Shown here in pieces: positions 31,049 to 40,322 of a stretch of DNA of 64,000 nucleotides; the stretch's first letter is position 1, and the number at the start of each line of letters is the position of its first letter. The DNA comes from Bacillota bacterium. GTDB taxonomy: Bacteria > Bacillota > Sulfobacillia > JAUYEG01. The notes under the pieces are model-generated. The model worked only from the letters and a program-made list of their open reading frames with translations. It did not search any database and had not been told where the DNA came from. The translations under genes were made by a program, and so were the position numbers. Location: the NCBI GenBank assembly GCA_040766985.1, contig JAXGPL010000002.1:98847-162846 (forward strand), given 5' to 3'.

Positions 31049-31606
31049 GTGATCGATGAGCTACTCAAGGACGCCGCATCGCGGATGGAGAAGGCCACCG
31101 AGGTGCTGACCCGCGAATTCGCCAGCCTGCGGGCTGGGCGTGCCAGCCCTGCTCTCCTGGAGCGGATCCGCGTCGATTACTACGGCGTTCCGACGCCGAT
31201 CAACCAACTGGCGACGGTGCTTGTCCCGGAGGCCAGGCTGATGGTTATCCAGCCCTGGGACAAGAGCGTCACCTCCGCGGTCGAGAAGGCGATCCTTAAG
31301 TCTGACCTCGGGATTACGCCCAATAGCGACGGCCAGGTGATCCGCCTGGTCGTGCCCCGGCTGACCGCGGAGAGGCGCGCCGACCTGACCACAGTCGTTC
31401 GCAAGCTTGCCGAAGAGGGCAGGGTGAGCGTGCGCAATGTCCGCCGGGAGGTCATCGAGGATCTGCGTTCGCTGGAGAAGGACAGCGAGATCACCGAGGA
31501 CGACTTCCACCGTGCCCAGGACAAGGTCCAAAAGCACACCGACGAGATGATCGCCGTGATCGACAGGTTGCTTTCTGAGAAAGAAAAGGAGCTAGCTGAA
31601 GTTTGA
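31049..31606 (+). CDS. frr: Ribosome recycling factor
   Basis: GTG at 31049. 185 aa. LRAGRASPALLERIRVDYYG, ITEDDFHRAQDKVQKHTD. Confidence 0.95.
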   Translation: MIDELLKDAASRMEKATEVLTREFASLRAGRASPALLERIRVDYYGVPTPINQLATVLVPEARLMVIQPWDKSVTSAVEKAILKSDLGITPNSDGQVIRLVVPRLTAERRADLTTVVRKLAEEGRVSVRNVRREVIEDLRSLEKDSEITEDDFHRAQDKVQKHTDEMIAVIDRLLSEKEKELAEV

Positions 31607-31629
31607 CAGTGCCTGACGTAGTCGCATGC

Positions 31630-31659
31630 CCGTGAGCAGGGCCGTGTCCCTGCTCACGG
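31630..31659 (+). other. Perfect 12-bp GC-rich hairpin immediately after frr
   Basis: CCGTGAGCAGGG-ccgtgt-CCCTGCTCACGG. There is no adjacent U tract. It overlaps the first codons of the in-frame ORF that starts at 31626. Confidence 0.6.
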
Positions 31660-31772
31660 ATGCCGGCTATCAGGTTTCGGTTCGTAGGACCTCCCCGCCC
31701 TGGCCGGTCGATGCCGCTTCCCAAGACGGTCACGTGATCAGACAGCAGTGGCCGGGGCCGCGCGAGGTCGAG

Positions 31773-32523
31773 TTGCTCGTCGCGCCGGAGGACCCCCAGC
31801 GCTTACCCCGCCGGATCCCCCGGCACATCGCGATCATCTGCGACGGCAACGGCCGGTGGGCCAAGTCGCGCGGGCTCACGCGGCAGGAGCTGCCACAGAG
31901 CGGGCACCGAGAATGTTCGCAAGGTCGTTGAATGGTGCAGGGAGCTTGGGGTAGAGCATCTGACCTTCTATGCGTTCTCCACCGAAAACTGGCGGCGCCC
32001 CGCAGACGAAGTTCGCAGCCTGATGGACCTGATCGTCGAAGGCGCGAGGACCGCAATGGACAGCCTGGCGAGTTCCGGGGTGCGCGTTCAGGTCCTCGGT
32101 GACACGGGCGGTCTGCTCTCCGGCCGTGCGGCAGACCATCAACAAGGTCGCCGAGGCGACCGCAGGCGCGGCTGAGATGACGGTCAACCTCTTGATCAAC
32201 TACGGCGGCCGCGCCGACATCGTCAAAGCCTGCAGGAGTTGGCGGCGGCCGCCGCCCGGGGCCGGCTCCGCCCCGAAGCTATCGACGAGCTGGCTGTGGC
32301 GGGCCACCTCTATACCGCGGGCATTCCCGATCCCGAACTGGTCATCCGGACCGCGGGCGACCTCCGTCTCTCCAACTTCCTGCTGTGGCAGGCAGCCTAC
32401 AGCGAGCTTCACTTCAGCCCGGTCTACTGGCCGGCGTTCTCGCGGTCCCATCTCCTGGCGGCGATCGACGACTACTCCCGCCGGCAACGGCGATTCGGCG
32501 GCCTGATACCGGAGGAAAAGTAA
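31773..32523 (+). pseudogene. uppS: Undecaprenyl diphosphate synthase UppS, at least 4 frameshifts at 31880-32250
   Basis: [21 protein letters not shown] / [35 protein letters not shown] / [10 protein letters not shown] / [30 protein letters not shown]...RRFGG spread over frames. TTG at 31773 (GAGG 6 nt upstream) gives the canonical length of about 250 aa. The same frame is open back to ATG 31626. Confidence 0.85.
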
Positions 32524-33321
32524 GTGCTGAGGGCGCGTGTCTTCACCGCAGCCGCGGGCCTTCCCCTCCTGTTGTTCGGCCTCTACCTCGGAGGGCCGGT
32601 GTACGCCGCCGTGGTTGTGGCGATCGCTGCCGTCGCCCTCTTTGAAACCCTTCGCCTCCTGGGCCTGGAGGACAGGCACGATGTCCTGCTGCTTGGTTTC
32701 CTTGGCGCCGCAGCCTGGCTGATCGGGCCGGTCACCGCGAGGGCAGACTGGACATTGCCGGCGGTGGCCTCCTTTTCCGGCCTTGTGTTGGTCCGCCAGG
32801 TCGTTCTGTTTCCGGCGGCGACGACGGACGAATCGGCCCGGATCGGGTTCGCCGCGACCTATGCAGGGTTGCCGTTTGCCCATTTCATTCTGCTCCGGGC
32901 CACGCCCCGCGGCTTTGACCTGACTTTGGTTGCGTTCCTGCTGACCTGGGCCTTTGATACGGCAGCCTACTTCGGCGGCCTCCGATGGGGCAGGCACAAG
33001 CTCGCGGCGGCCGTTAGCCCCGGCAAGACCTGGGAGGGCGCCTGTTTTGGATCTGCGGCCGCCCTGGCGGTGGCGCTGTTGCCGCTCGGCACGTGGCCAC
33101 TCCGCCTGGGCGAGCGCGTTCTTGCAGCAGTCTTGGTTATCGTATTCGGCCAACTGGGGGACCTTTTCGAGTCGGCCATTAAGCGGCACGCCGGCGTCAA
33201 GGATTCCGGCCGGCTGCTCCCGGGACACGGAGGAGTGCTCGACCGCTTCGACAGCCTGATGCTGACTGTCCCGGCGGTGTACTATCTTGCGCAACTCCTG
33301 CCGGCGGGGATGGTCAGGTGA
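32524..33321 (+). CDS. cdsA: Phosphatidate cytidylyltransferase
   Basis: Multi-TM protein with signature SAIKRHAGVKDSGRLLPGHGGVLDRFDS. Confidence 0.93.
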   Translation: MLRARVFTAAAGLPLLLFGLYLGGPVYAAVVVAIAAVALFETLRLLGLEDRHDVLLLGFLGAAAWLIGPVTARADWTLPAVASFSGLVLVRQVVLFPAATTDESARIGFAATYAGLPFAHFILLRATPRGFDLTLVAFLLTWAFDTAAYFGGLRWGRHKLAAAVSPGKTWEGACFGSAAALAVALLPLGTWPLRLGERVLAAVLVIVFGQLGDLFESAIKRHAGVKDSGRLLPGHGGVLDRFDSLMLTVPAVYYLAQLLPAGMVR

Positions 33322-34568
33322 GCCGTGCCCCGCAAGGCCCACGCAGCGTGGTCGTTCTCGGTTCGACGGGGAGTATCGGCCGCCAGGCTCTTGACGTCGT
33401 CCGCGCCAATCCTGCGCTGTTCCGGGTCACCGGCCTCGCCGCCGCCAGCCAGGCCGACGAACTCGCGGCCCAGGCCGACGAATTCCGTCCGGCGTACTGC
33501 GGGCTGACGAACGGCCGGGCCTGCTTGCCGCACGGCACTCTGGCGTACTATGGGCCGGAGGCGCCCTTGCGGGTTGTAGAAGCCGCGGCCGCCGACGTGG
33601 TGGTCAACGCCATCTCCGGCCTGGCCGGCCTTGCCCCTGCGTTTGCGGCCCTCAAAGGCTCCGGTGTGCTGGCGATGGCCAGCAAGGAGCCCGTGGTGGT
33701 TGCGGGACACCTGCTCAAGCAGGCTGCTGAGAAGGGAGCGGGCCGGCTCATCCCCGTCGACAGCGAGACAACGGCCGTCGCCCAGTGCCTCGCCGCCGTG
33801 CCGCGGGAACAGGTGGTCCGCGTGTACATATCCGCCTCGGGCGGCCCCTTTCTGCGGCGGGACCCGAATGAGCTCGAATCCGTCTCACCTTCCGAAGCGG
33901 TCAGGCACCCGCGCTGGGCGATGGGGCCGAAGATCTCGGTCGATTCCGCGACGTTGTTCAACAAGGGCCTTGAGGTTATCGAGGTATCGCGGCTGTTCGA
34001 CCTGCCGCAGAGGAGCGTGACGATCCTGGTTCACCCGCAATCGGTTGCGCACGCTATGGCTGAGCTCAAAGACGGTTCGATCATCGCGCAGCTTGGGCCG
34101 ACCGATATGCGCGTACCCATATCCCAGGCGATGTTCTGGCCGCAACGTGCGCCGACGGCGCCTGCCAGGCTGGAGCTGGAGGGCCTTGAGCTAGGCTTCC
34201 GCAAACCGGACTTTGCCAGGTGGCCGTGCCTGCGGGCGGCGCTGTGCGCCGGGGCCGAAGGACACACCGCGCCCGCCGCTGTGAGCGCGGCCGATGAAGA
34301 ACTGGTCAGGATGTATTTGGCCGGCGACGTTACCTTCGGAGACATCGGTCGCGGGCTCTGGGCGGTCATCAAGGCGCACCGCTGGGAGTATGGACACGGC
34401 GACAACGGCACGGATGCGGGGAACCCATCCGGCAGGGATGCCACGTTAGCGGAGATAGCCGGGGTGGACCGTTGGGCGCGGGCTTTTTCTCGGGAGTGGG
34501 CACGGCGTTCCGCCGCGTCGGAACGCGGGCGACACCCCGACCAAGTTGGGGAGGATTACATCGAATGA
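33318..34568 (+). CDS. dxr: 1-deoxy-D-xylulose 5-phosphate reductoisomerase
   Basis: VVVLGSTGSIGRQALDVV NADPH motif. SASGGPF, HPRWAMGPKISVDSATLFNKGLEVIE. C-terminal extension of about 30 aa. Confidence 0.93.
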   Translation: MSRAPQGPRSVVVLGSTGSIGRQALDVVRANPALFRVTGLAAASQADELAAQADEFRPAYCGLTNGRACLPHGTLAYYGPEAPLRVVEAAAADVVVNAISGLAGLAPAFAALKGSGVLAMASKEPVVVAGHLLKQAAEKGAGRLIPVDSETTAVAQCLAAVPREQVVRVYISASGGPFLRRDPNELESVSPSEAVRHPRWAMGPKISVDSATLFNKGLEVIEVSRLFDLPQRSVTILVHPQSVAHAMAELKDGSIIAQLGPTDMRVPISQAMFWPQRAPTAPARLELEGLELGFRKPDFARWPCLRAALCAGAEGHTAPAAVSAADEELVRMYLAGDVTFGDIGRGLWAVIKAHRWEYGHGDNGTDAGNPSGRDATLAEIAGVDRWARAFSREWARRSAASERGRHPDQVGEDYIE

Positions 34569-35620
34569 CCATTCTGGTCCCGATACTCGTACTCGGACTG
34601 CTCGTCTTCTTTCACGAGTTGGGCCACTTCCTGGTCGCCAAGCGGGCCGGGGTCCACATTCACGAACTGGCCTTTGGAATGGGCCCGCGTGTCCTGGGCG
34701 TGCGGCGCGGCGAGACGCTCTACAGCCTGAGGGCGCTGCCATTCGGGGGATTCGTGCGCATGGCATCGGTCGCCGACCCTGAGAACCAAGAGGACGCCCC
34801 GGTCGATCCGCAGCGGACCTTTGAGAGCCGCCCGCTTTGGAGACGCATCGGCGTCATCTCCGCCGGCCCGGCCATGAACTTCGTACTTGCGGTCGTCCTG
34901 TTGTTCGGGGTCTTCGGCATCATCGGAGTCGACCAGCCGGTGCCCGAATCGACCGTCATCGGCGCTGTCGTCGTCGGCAGCCCCGCTGCAGAGGCAGGCC
35001 TCCTGCCCGGCGACAGGATCGTCTCGGTCGACGGGAGCAGCGTTGATGACTGGCAATCGCTTGTGGCCGTCCTGCAGACATCCCTCGGCCGGACCATCGA
35101 GGTCTCGTTCGAGCGGGACGGCGTCGTCTCGCAGGTCAGCGTCACGCCCGCCCCGCATCCGCAGGATGCCACGATGGGCTATCTCGGCATCGCCAGCAGC
35201 ACAGTCCGTCGCCATCTGCCCCTCGGCGCCGCATTTGTCGCAGCGGTCACGGAAACGGGTCGCATGCTCGGGATGTGGATATCGGCGATCGCGAACCTGT
35301 TCCGCGGCCAGGGCACTCCCGATGTCACCGGGCCGATCGGCATCATCCAGATGCTCGGCGAAGCGTCCCGATTCGGCTTGGCGAGCCTGTTCTACCTGGC
35401 TGCGGTCATATCCGCCAACTTCGGGCTGATCAATCTCCTGCCGGTCCCGGCGCTGGATGGGAGCAGGCTGATTTTCTTCGGCATCGAGGCCGTACGGGGC
35501 AGGCCGGTACCCCCCGAACAGGAGGGGCGAGTTCACATGATCGGCTACGGCCTGCTGATGGCGCTGTTGGTCCTGCTGACTTACCGCGACCTGGCCAGGC
35601 TCGGCGGAGGCGGTCCTTGA
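34565..35620 (+). CDS. rseP: Site-2 (RIP) zinc metalloprotease RseP/RasP
   Basis: ATGA overlap with dxr. FFHELGHFLVAKR HExxH motif, PDZ segment, NLLPVPALDGSRL. Confidence 0.92.
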   Translation: MTILVPILVLGLLVFFHELGHFLVAKRAGVHIHELAFGMGPRVLGVRRGETLYSLRALPFGGFVRMASVADPENQEDAPVDPQRTFESRPLWRRIGVISAGPAMNFVLAVVLLFGVFGIIGVDQPVPESTVIGAVVVGSPAAEAGLLPGDRIVSVDGSSVDDWQSLVAVLQTSLGRTIEVSFERDGVVSQVSVTPAPHPQDATMGYLGIASSTVRRHLPLGAAFVAAVTETGRMLGMWISAIANLFRGQGTPDVTGPIGIIQMLGEASRFGLASLFYLAAVISANFGLINLLPVPALDGSRLIFFGIEAVRGRPVPPEQEGRVHMIGYGLLMALLVLLTYRDLARLGGGGP

Positions 35621-36738
35621 TCGCCGGGCGCCACCTGAGCCCCATCGCCGGGCGCCGCCCGACCCGCGCGGTCAGGGTAGGGGGCGTGACGATCGGCGGC
35701 GGGAGCCCGGTTTCCGTGCAAAGCATGGTCAAGCGGGACCCGTACGATGGCGGTGCCGTCCTGGCGCAGGTCGAGGAGTTGGCAGCGGCCGGATGCGAGG
35801 TCTGCCGGCTCGCGGTCCCTGACCGCAGGGCGGCGGACGTGTTCGCCTGGGTTGCGCGCCGGACGGACTTGCCGCTGGTCGCGGACGTCCACTTCGACTA
35901 CCGGTTGGCATTGGCCGCCATCGATGCCGGTGCCGGCAAGCTGCGGATCAACCCCGGGAACCTCGGCGGCCCCGAAGCCCTCCGGGCCGTGGCCGGCGCG
36001 GCTACCGCTGCCGGGATCCCCATCCGCGTCGGAGTCAACCTCGGCTCGCTCGAGGCCGATCTGGCAAGGCGACTTGGTTATACCGGCGCGGCGATGGCCG
36101 AAAGCGCTATCCGCCAGGTGCGATTGCTTGAGGACCTCGGGTTCGAGGGGATCGTGATCTCGGCCAAGGCGCCGGATGTCGCCCGCACCATCGAAGCGTA
36201 CCGCCTGATCTCCGGACGCACTTCCTGGCCGCTTCACCTCGGCGTGACCGAGGCGGGTCCGGGCACGCCAGGGCTGGTCAAGAGCGCGGTCGGCATCGGT
36301 GTCCTGCTGGCTGAAGGAATCGGCGACACGGTGCGGGTATCGCTCAGCGAGGACGCCGTGGAGGAAGTCGCGGCGGGGTATGCGATCTTGGCAAGCCTGA
36401 GCCTGCGGGCGGCCGGGCCGGAGCTAGTTTCGTGTCCGACCTGCGGCAGGTGTCAGTTCGATGTGATCGGCGTGGCGCACGAGGTGAACGAGCGTCTCAA
36501 GGACATCCGGCGGCCGCTGACCGTCGCAGTGATGGGTTGCGCGGTCAACGGCCCCGGCGAAGCCAGGCGAGCCGACGTCGGCGTCGCAGGCGCGGCAGGC
36601 GGCCAGGCGGTGCTGTTTGTTCGCGGCGAGGTCCAGCGCAGCTTCCCGGCTGAACAAGCGGTGGATGAGCTATTCCGGGAGATCGAAGGGCTTCTCGGCG
36701 GGGAGCCCGGCGACGGTAGCGAGGGGAGATCGGGATGA
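35617..36738 (+). CDS. ispG: 4-hydroxy-3-methylbut-2-en-1-yl diphosphate synthase IspG
   Basis: TTG at 35617 (GGAGG 6 nt upstream, overlaps the rseP stop). VSVQSM, RINPGN, CPTCGRC and GCAVNGPGEA cluster motifs. Confidence 0.9.
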   Translation: MIAGRHLSPIAGRRPTRAVRVGGVTIGGGSPVSVQSMVKRDPYDGGAVLAQVEELAAAGCEVCRLAVPDRRAADVFAWVARRTDLPLVADVHFDYRLALAAIDAGAGKLRINPGNLGGPEALRAVAGAATAAGIPIRVGVNLGSLEADLARRLGYTGAAMAESAIRQVRLLEDLGFEGIVISAKAPDVARTIEAYRLISGRTSWPLHLGVTEAGPGTPGLVKSAVGIGVLLAEGIGDTVRVSLSEDAVEEVAAGYAILASLSLRAAGPELVSCPTCGRCQFDVIGVAHEVNERLKDIRRPLTVAVMGCAVNGPGEARRADVGVAGAAGGQAVLFVRGEVQRSFPAEQAVDELFREIEGLLGGEPGDGSEGRSG

Positions 36739-38207
36739 GCCAGAACAAGCCAGAACGGGGTCAGGACCGGGGATTCGTCAGTCAAATCGCGGATAAGGCG
36801 GAGAACTTCCCGCAGTGGTACACGGATGTGATTTTGAAAACCGAGATGGTGGACTACGCGCCCGTCCGCGGGTGCATGGTCATCCGACCGTACGGCTACG
36901 CGATATGGGAGACGATGCAGTCGCTCCTGGACCGCCGGTTCAAGGAAACCGGGCACGTCAACGCGTACTTCCCGCTGTTCATCCCGGAGAGCTTTCTCCG
37001 GCGCGAGAGCGAGCACTTCGAGGGCTTTGACCCCGAGGTCGCCTGGGTGACGCACGGTGGAGGCGAGCAACTCACCGAACGGCTCGCGGTCCGGCCGACG
37101 TCGGAGACCGTCATCTGCACGATGTACGCCAAGTGGATTCAGTCCTACCGGGACCTGCCCGTGCTCATCAACCAGTGGTCGAACGTGGTTCGCTGGGAGC
37201 GCTCGACCCGGCCGTTCCTCAGGACCATGGAGTTCCTCTGGCAGGAGGGCCATACGGCGCACCGTACGGAGGAGGAAGCCGAGGCCGAGACCCTCCGTAT
37301 TCTTGGTGTGTATAAGGATTTCGTGGAAACCGAGATGGCCATCCCCGTGATCGCAGGGCGCAAAAGCGAGACCGAGAAGTTCGCCGGCGCGCTCCGGACG
37401 TACGCCATCGAGGCCCTGATGACCGACGGCCAGGCGCTTCAGGCCGGTACTTCCCACAACCTCGGGCAGCATTTCGCCAACGTCTTCGACATCAAGTTCC
37501 TTGACGATGACGGCCAGCTCAAGCTGGTATGGCAGACCTCCTGGGGCGTCTCGACCCGGTTGATCGGGGCTTTGGTGATGGTCCACGGTGACGAACGCGG
37601 CCTTCGCATTCCACCGCGCATCGCGCCGGTCCAGGCGGTCATCGTGCCCATCCTCCCCAAGGCGTCACGCGACGCAGTTCTTGCCGAGGCCAGGTCATTG
37701 CGCGACGAACTGGCGGGACGCTTCCGGGTGCAGCTTGACGACCGGGAAGACCAGAGCCCCGGCTGGAAGTTCAACGCCTGGGAATTGCGCGGAGTGCCGC
37801 TACGAATCGAGATCGGGCCGCGCGATGTCGCAGCCGGGCAGGTCACATTCGTCCGCCGCGACGACGGCGAAAAGACGGCGGTAGCTCGTGCGGGTGTTGC
37901 GGATGCGGTTGAGAGGACCCTTGCGGAGGTCCAAACCACTATGTTCGACCAGGCCCTGGCGTACCGCGAGTCTCACACCTGCGACATTGAGACGCTGGCG
38001 GACCTGGAGCGGATGCTTGCCGCGGGCGGCGGCTTCGGGCGGGCCGGATGGTGTGGCGATGCCGGGTGCGAAGCCCGCATCAAGGCCGAGACCGGCGCGA
38101 CGATCCGGGTGCTGGCGGACGACGGCGGCACCTCGTCCGAAAACCGGAAGTGCCTCGGGTGCGGCACACCGGCAAAACACTTGGCGTATTTCGCGAGGGC
38201 GTACTAG
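36735..38207 (+). CDS. proS: Proline-tRNA ligase, archaeal/eukaryote-like type (no INS editing domain)
   Basis: FPQWYTDVILKTEMVDYAPVRGCMVIRPYGYAIWE N-terminus, class II motifs, C-terminal CLGCG Zn-type domain ending ...FARAY. 490 aa. Confidence 0.92.
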   Translation: MSQNKPERGQDRGFVSQIADKAENFPQWYTDVILKTEMVDYAPVRGCMVIRPYGYAIWETMQSLLDRRFKETGHVNAYFPLFIPESFLRRESEHFEGFDPEVAWVTHGGGEQLTERLAVRPTSETVICTMYAKWIQSYRDLPVLINQWSNVVRWERSTRPFLRTMEFLWQEGHTAHRTEEEAEAETLRILGVYKDFVETEMAIPVIAGRKSETEKFAGALRTYAIEALMTDGQALQAGTSHNLGQHFANVFDIKFLDDDGQLKLVWQTSWGVSTRLIGALVMVHGDERGLRIPPRIAPVQAVIVPILPKASRDAVLAEARSLRDELAGRFRVQLDDREDQSPGWKFNAWELRGVPLRIEIGPRDVAAGQVTFVRRDDGEKTAVARAGVADAVERTLAEVQTTMFDQALAYRESHTCDIETLADLERMLAAGGGFGRAGWCGDAGCEARIKAETGATIRVLADDGGTSSENRKCLGCGTPAKHLAYFARAY

Positions 38208-38320
38208 CCCGGCGATCAGGCCCGTCCGCTGCGCGCCGAGGCGCGGCTGAGAGGCAGGGCGGGGCTTGGCGGCGGCGAGCCGGAGCGGGGCAGCGTGCGG
38301 CGGCCGGCTCGTGCTTTGCC

Positions 38321-38349
38321 TTGTCACGCTGCGGTTGGGATGGTATACT
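38321..38349 (+). promoter_or_regulatory. Putative sigma-A promoter of the rimP-nusA-infB operon
   Basis: TTGTCA-17 nt-TGgTATACT (extended -10). Confidence 0.6.
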
Positions 38350-38374
38350 AACCCGGTGAAAGACTGGATGCGCG

Positions 38375-38412
38375 AGAGTGGGTTTCCGACCCACTCTTTG
38401 CACATTTTCAGC
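38375..38412 (+). terminator. Leader terminator/attenuator upstream of rimP-nusA
   Basis: AGAGTGGGT-ttccg-ACCCACTCT 9-bp stem followed by TTTGCACATTTTC. It lies between the promoter and the rimP Shine-Dalgarno. Confidence 0.55.
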
Positions 38413-38468
38413 GTCCGCCTGACGGCCCGACCGGCCACAGAGCGGGCGCTTTGGCGGAGGCGGACGAT

Positions 38469-38975
38469 ATGCGGCGGGATCAGCTCGAGGCGCTTGCCGC
38501 GGCTCTGGCCCAGGAGATCTGCGCCGGCCGTGGGCTGATTTGGGTTGATACCACTTACCGCAAGAGCAACGGCGTGTGGCGCGTTCTCGTCCGGATCGAC
38601 CGGCCGGAGGGTGTCTCCATCGACGATTGCGCCGAGGTGTCAAAGGCCCTCGGCGCAAAGCTCGATGAGCTCGACCCGATCGAGCACCAGTACACGCTGG
38701 AGGTTTCCTCGGCGGGGCTCTCGGACCCGCTCAAGACGGAGCGCGATTTCGAGCGCTTTGTCGGCAGGATGATCGAGGTGGAGATGCCTCTATTCGGCGG
38801 GTCGGCCAGGGCGCGCGGCAAGTCCTCGCAGACGATCGTGGGGCGCCTTGAGGAATTCAGTCCCACGGCCCTTACGGTCAGAACCGGAGACGGGCAGATG
38901 AAGATCGAGCGGAGCCAGATCCGGCGGGCGCGGCCCGCCGTTGATTTCGAGGGTACGGGGGCAAAAGGGCGATGA
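38469..38975 (+). CDS. rimP: Ribosome maturation factor RimP
   Basis: ATG at 38469 with GGAGG 8 nt upstream. VLVRIDRPEGVSIDDCAEVSKAL..YTLEVSSAGLSDPLK. Confidence 0.9.
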   Translation: MRRDQLEALAAALAQEICAGRGLIWVDTTYRKSNGVWRVLVRIDRPEGVSIDDCAEVSKALGAKLDELDPIEHQYTLEVSSAGLSDPLKTERDFERFVGRMIEVEMPLFGGSARARGKSSQTIVGRLEEFSPTALTVRTGDGQMKIERSQIRRARPAVDFEGTGAKGR

Positions 38976-40020
38976 ATCGCGAGTTCATCACGGCTCTGGG
39001 CCAAATAGAGCGTGAGCGGGGCATTTCCAAAGAGGTGCTGATTCAGACCATTGAGGCTGCCCTGATATCCGCGTACCGTCGGAACACCGGGTCGTCGCAG
39101 AATATCACGGTCAACATCGACCGTGAGACCGGCGAGGTCAAGGTGTGGGAGCGCCTCGCCGTGGTCGACGAAGTGGTAGACACGCACGCGGAGATCGAGC
39201 GCGAACGCGCGGAGCAGCTTGTCGGCGGTCCAGTCGAGGACTACATCGAGGTCGAGGTCACGCCGGGCGACTTCGGGCGCATTGCGGCCCAGACCGCCAA
39301 GCAGGTTGTGGTCCAGCGCATCCGCGAGGCGGAGCGCGGCGTCATTTACGAGGAGTTCAGCAACCGCGAGGGCGACATCGTCACAGGGATCGTTCAGCGC
39401 CTCGAGGGCCGTACCGCTCTCGTCGACCTTGGCAAAGCCGAAGCGGTGCTCCGCCTCCCGAGCAGATGCACCATGAGCGCCTGCGGATGGGCGACCGGAT
39501 CAAGACCTATGTCGTGGAGGTCAAGCGCACGACCAAGGGGCCGCAGATCATGGTCTCGCGGACTCACCCCGGCCTGCTCAAAAGGCTGCTTGAGCTTGAG
39601 GTCCCCGAGATTCACGACGGGATCGTCGAGATCCGCGGCCTGGCGCGGGAGCCCGGGTCCAGGGCTAAAGTCGCGGTCTACTCGCGTGACCTTAATGTCG
39701 ACCCCGTCGGCGCCTGCGTCGGTCAAAAGGGAGCGCGCATCCAGGCGATCGTCAACGAGCTCAAGGGAGAAAAGATCGACATCGTCCGCTGGGATGCCGA
39801 TCCTGCGGTCTTCGTGGGCAACGCTTTGAGCCCGGCGAGGGTCCTTCGGGTCGACGTCGACGAGGAGAACCGGGTGGCCCGTGTCGTGGTCCCCGACTAC
39901 CAGTTGTCGCTGGCAATCGGCAAGGAAGGCCAGAACGCACGCCTGGCGGCCAAGCTGACCGGGTGGAAGGTTGACATCCGAAGCGAGAGCCAGGCCAGGG
40001 CCGAGGGGCCCGCGAGGTAG
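38972..40020 (+). pseudogene. nusA: Transcription termination/antitermination factor NusA, single frameshift near 39455
   Basis: N-terminal and S1 domains (MNREFITALGQIERERGISKEVL...GKAEAVL) in one frame. [43 protein letters not shown] plus the KH domains in the next. The shift is at a C run (CTCCGCC). Confidence 0.92.
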
Positions 40021-40024
40021 AGGC

Positions 40025-40318
40025 ATGGCCAAGGTTCGCAAGGTACCCATGCGGCAATGCACCGGGTGCCTGACGGTCAGGCCCAAGAAGGAACTCGTCC
40101 GGGTGGTGCGTACCCCCGAGGGCGAGGTTGTGCTAGATTTTACGGGTAAGCGATCGGGGCGGGGCGCTTACATCTGCCCGGATGTGAACTGCCTGGCCGA
40201 AGCCCACAAGCGCGGCCGGCTGAGCAAGTCACTCGAAGTCCCGATCGACCAGGAGACTTGGGAGCAGCTCGAACAGGCCTGTATTGACAGACAGGCCGGC
40301 GGGCAGGCAAAGAGGTGA
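40025..40318 (+). CDS. ylxR: YlxR/RnpM family (DUF448) RNA-binding protein
   Basis: [40 protein letters not shown]. Confidence 0.9.
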   Translation: MAKVRKVPMRQCTGCLTVRPKKELVRVVRTPEGEVVLDFTGKRSGRGAYICPDVNCLAEAHKRGRLSKSLEVPIDQETWEQLEQACIDRQAGGQAKR

Positions 40319-40322
40319 TTCG

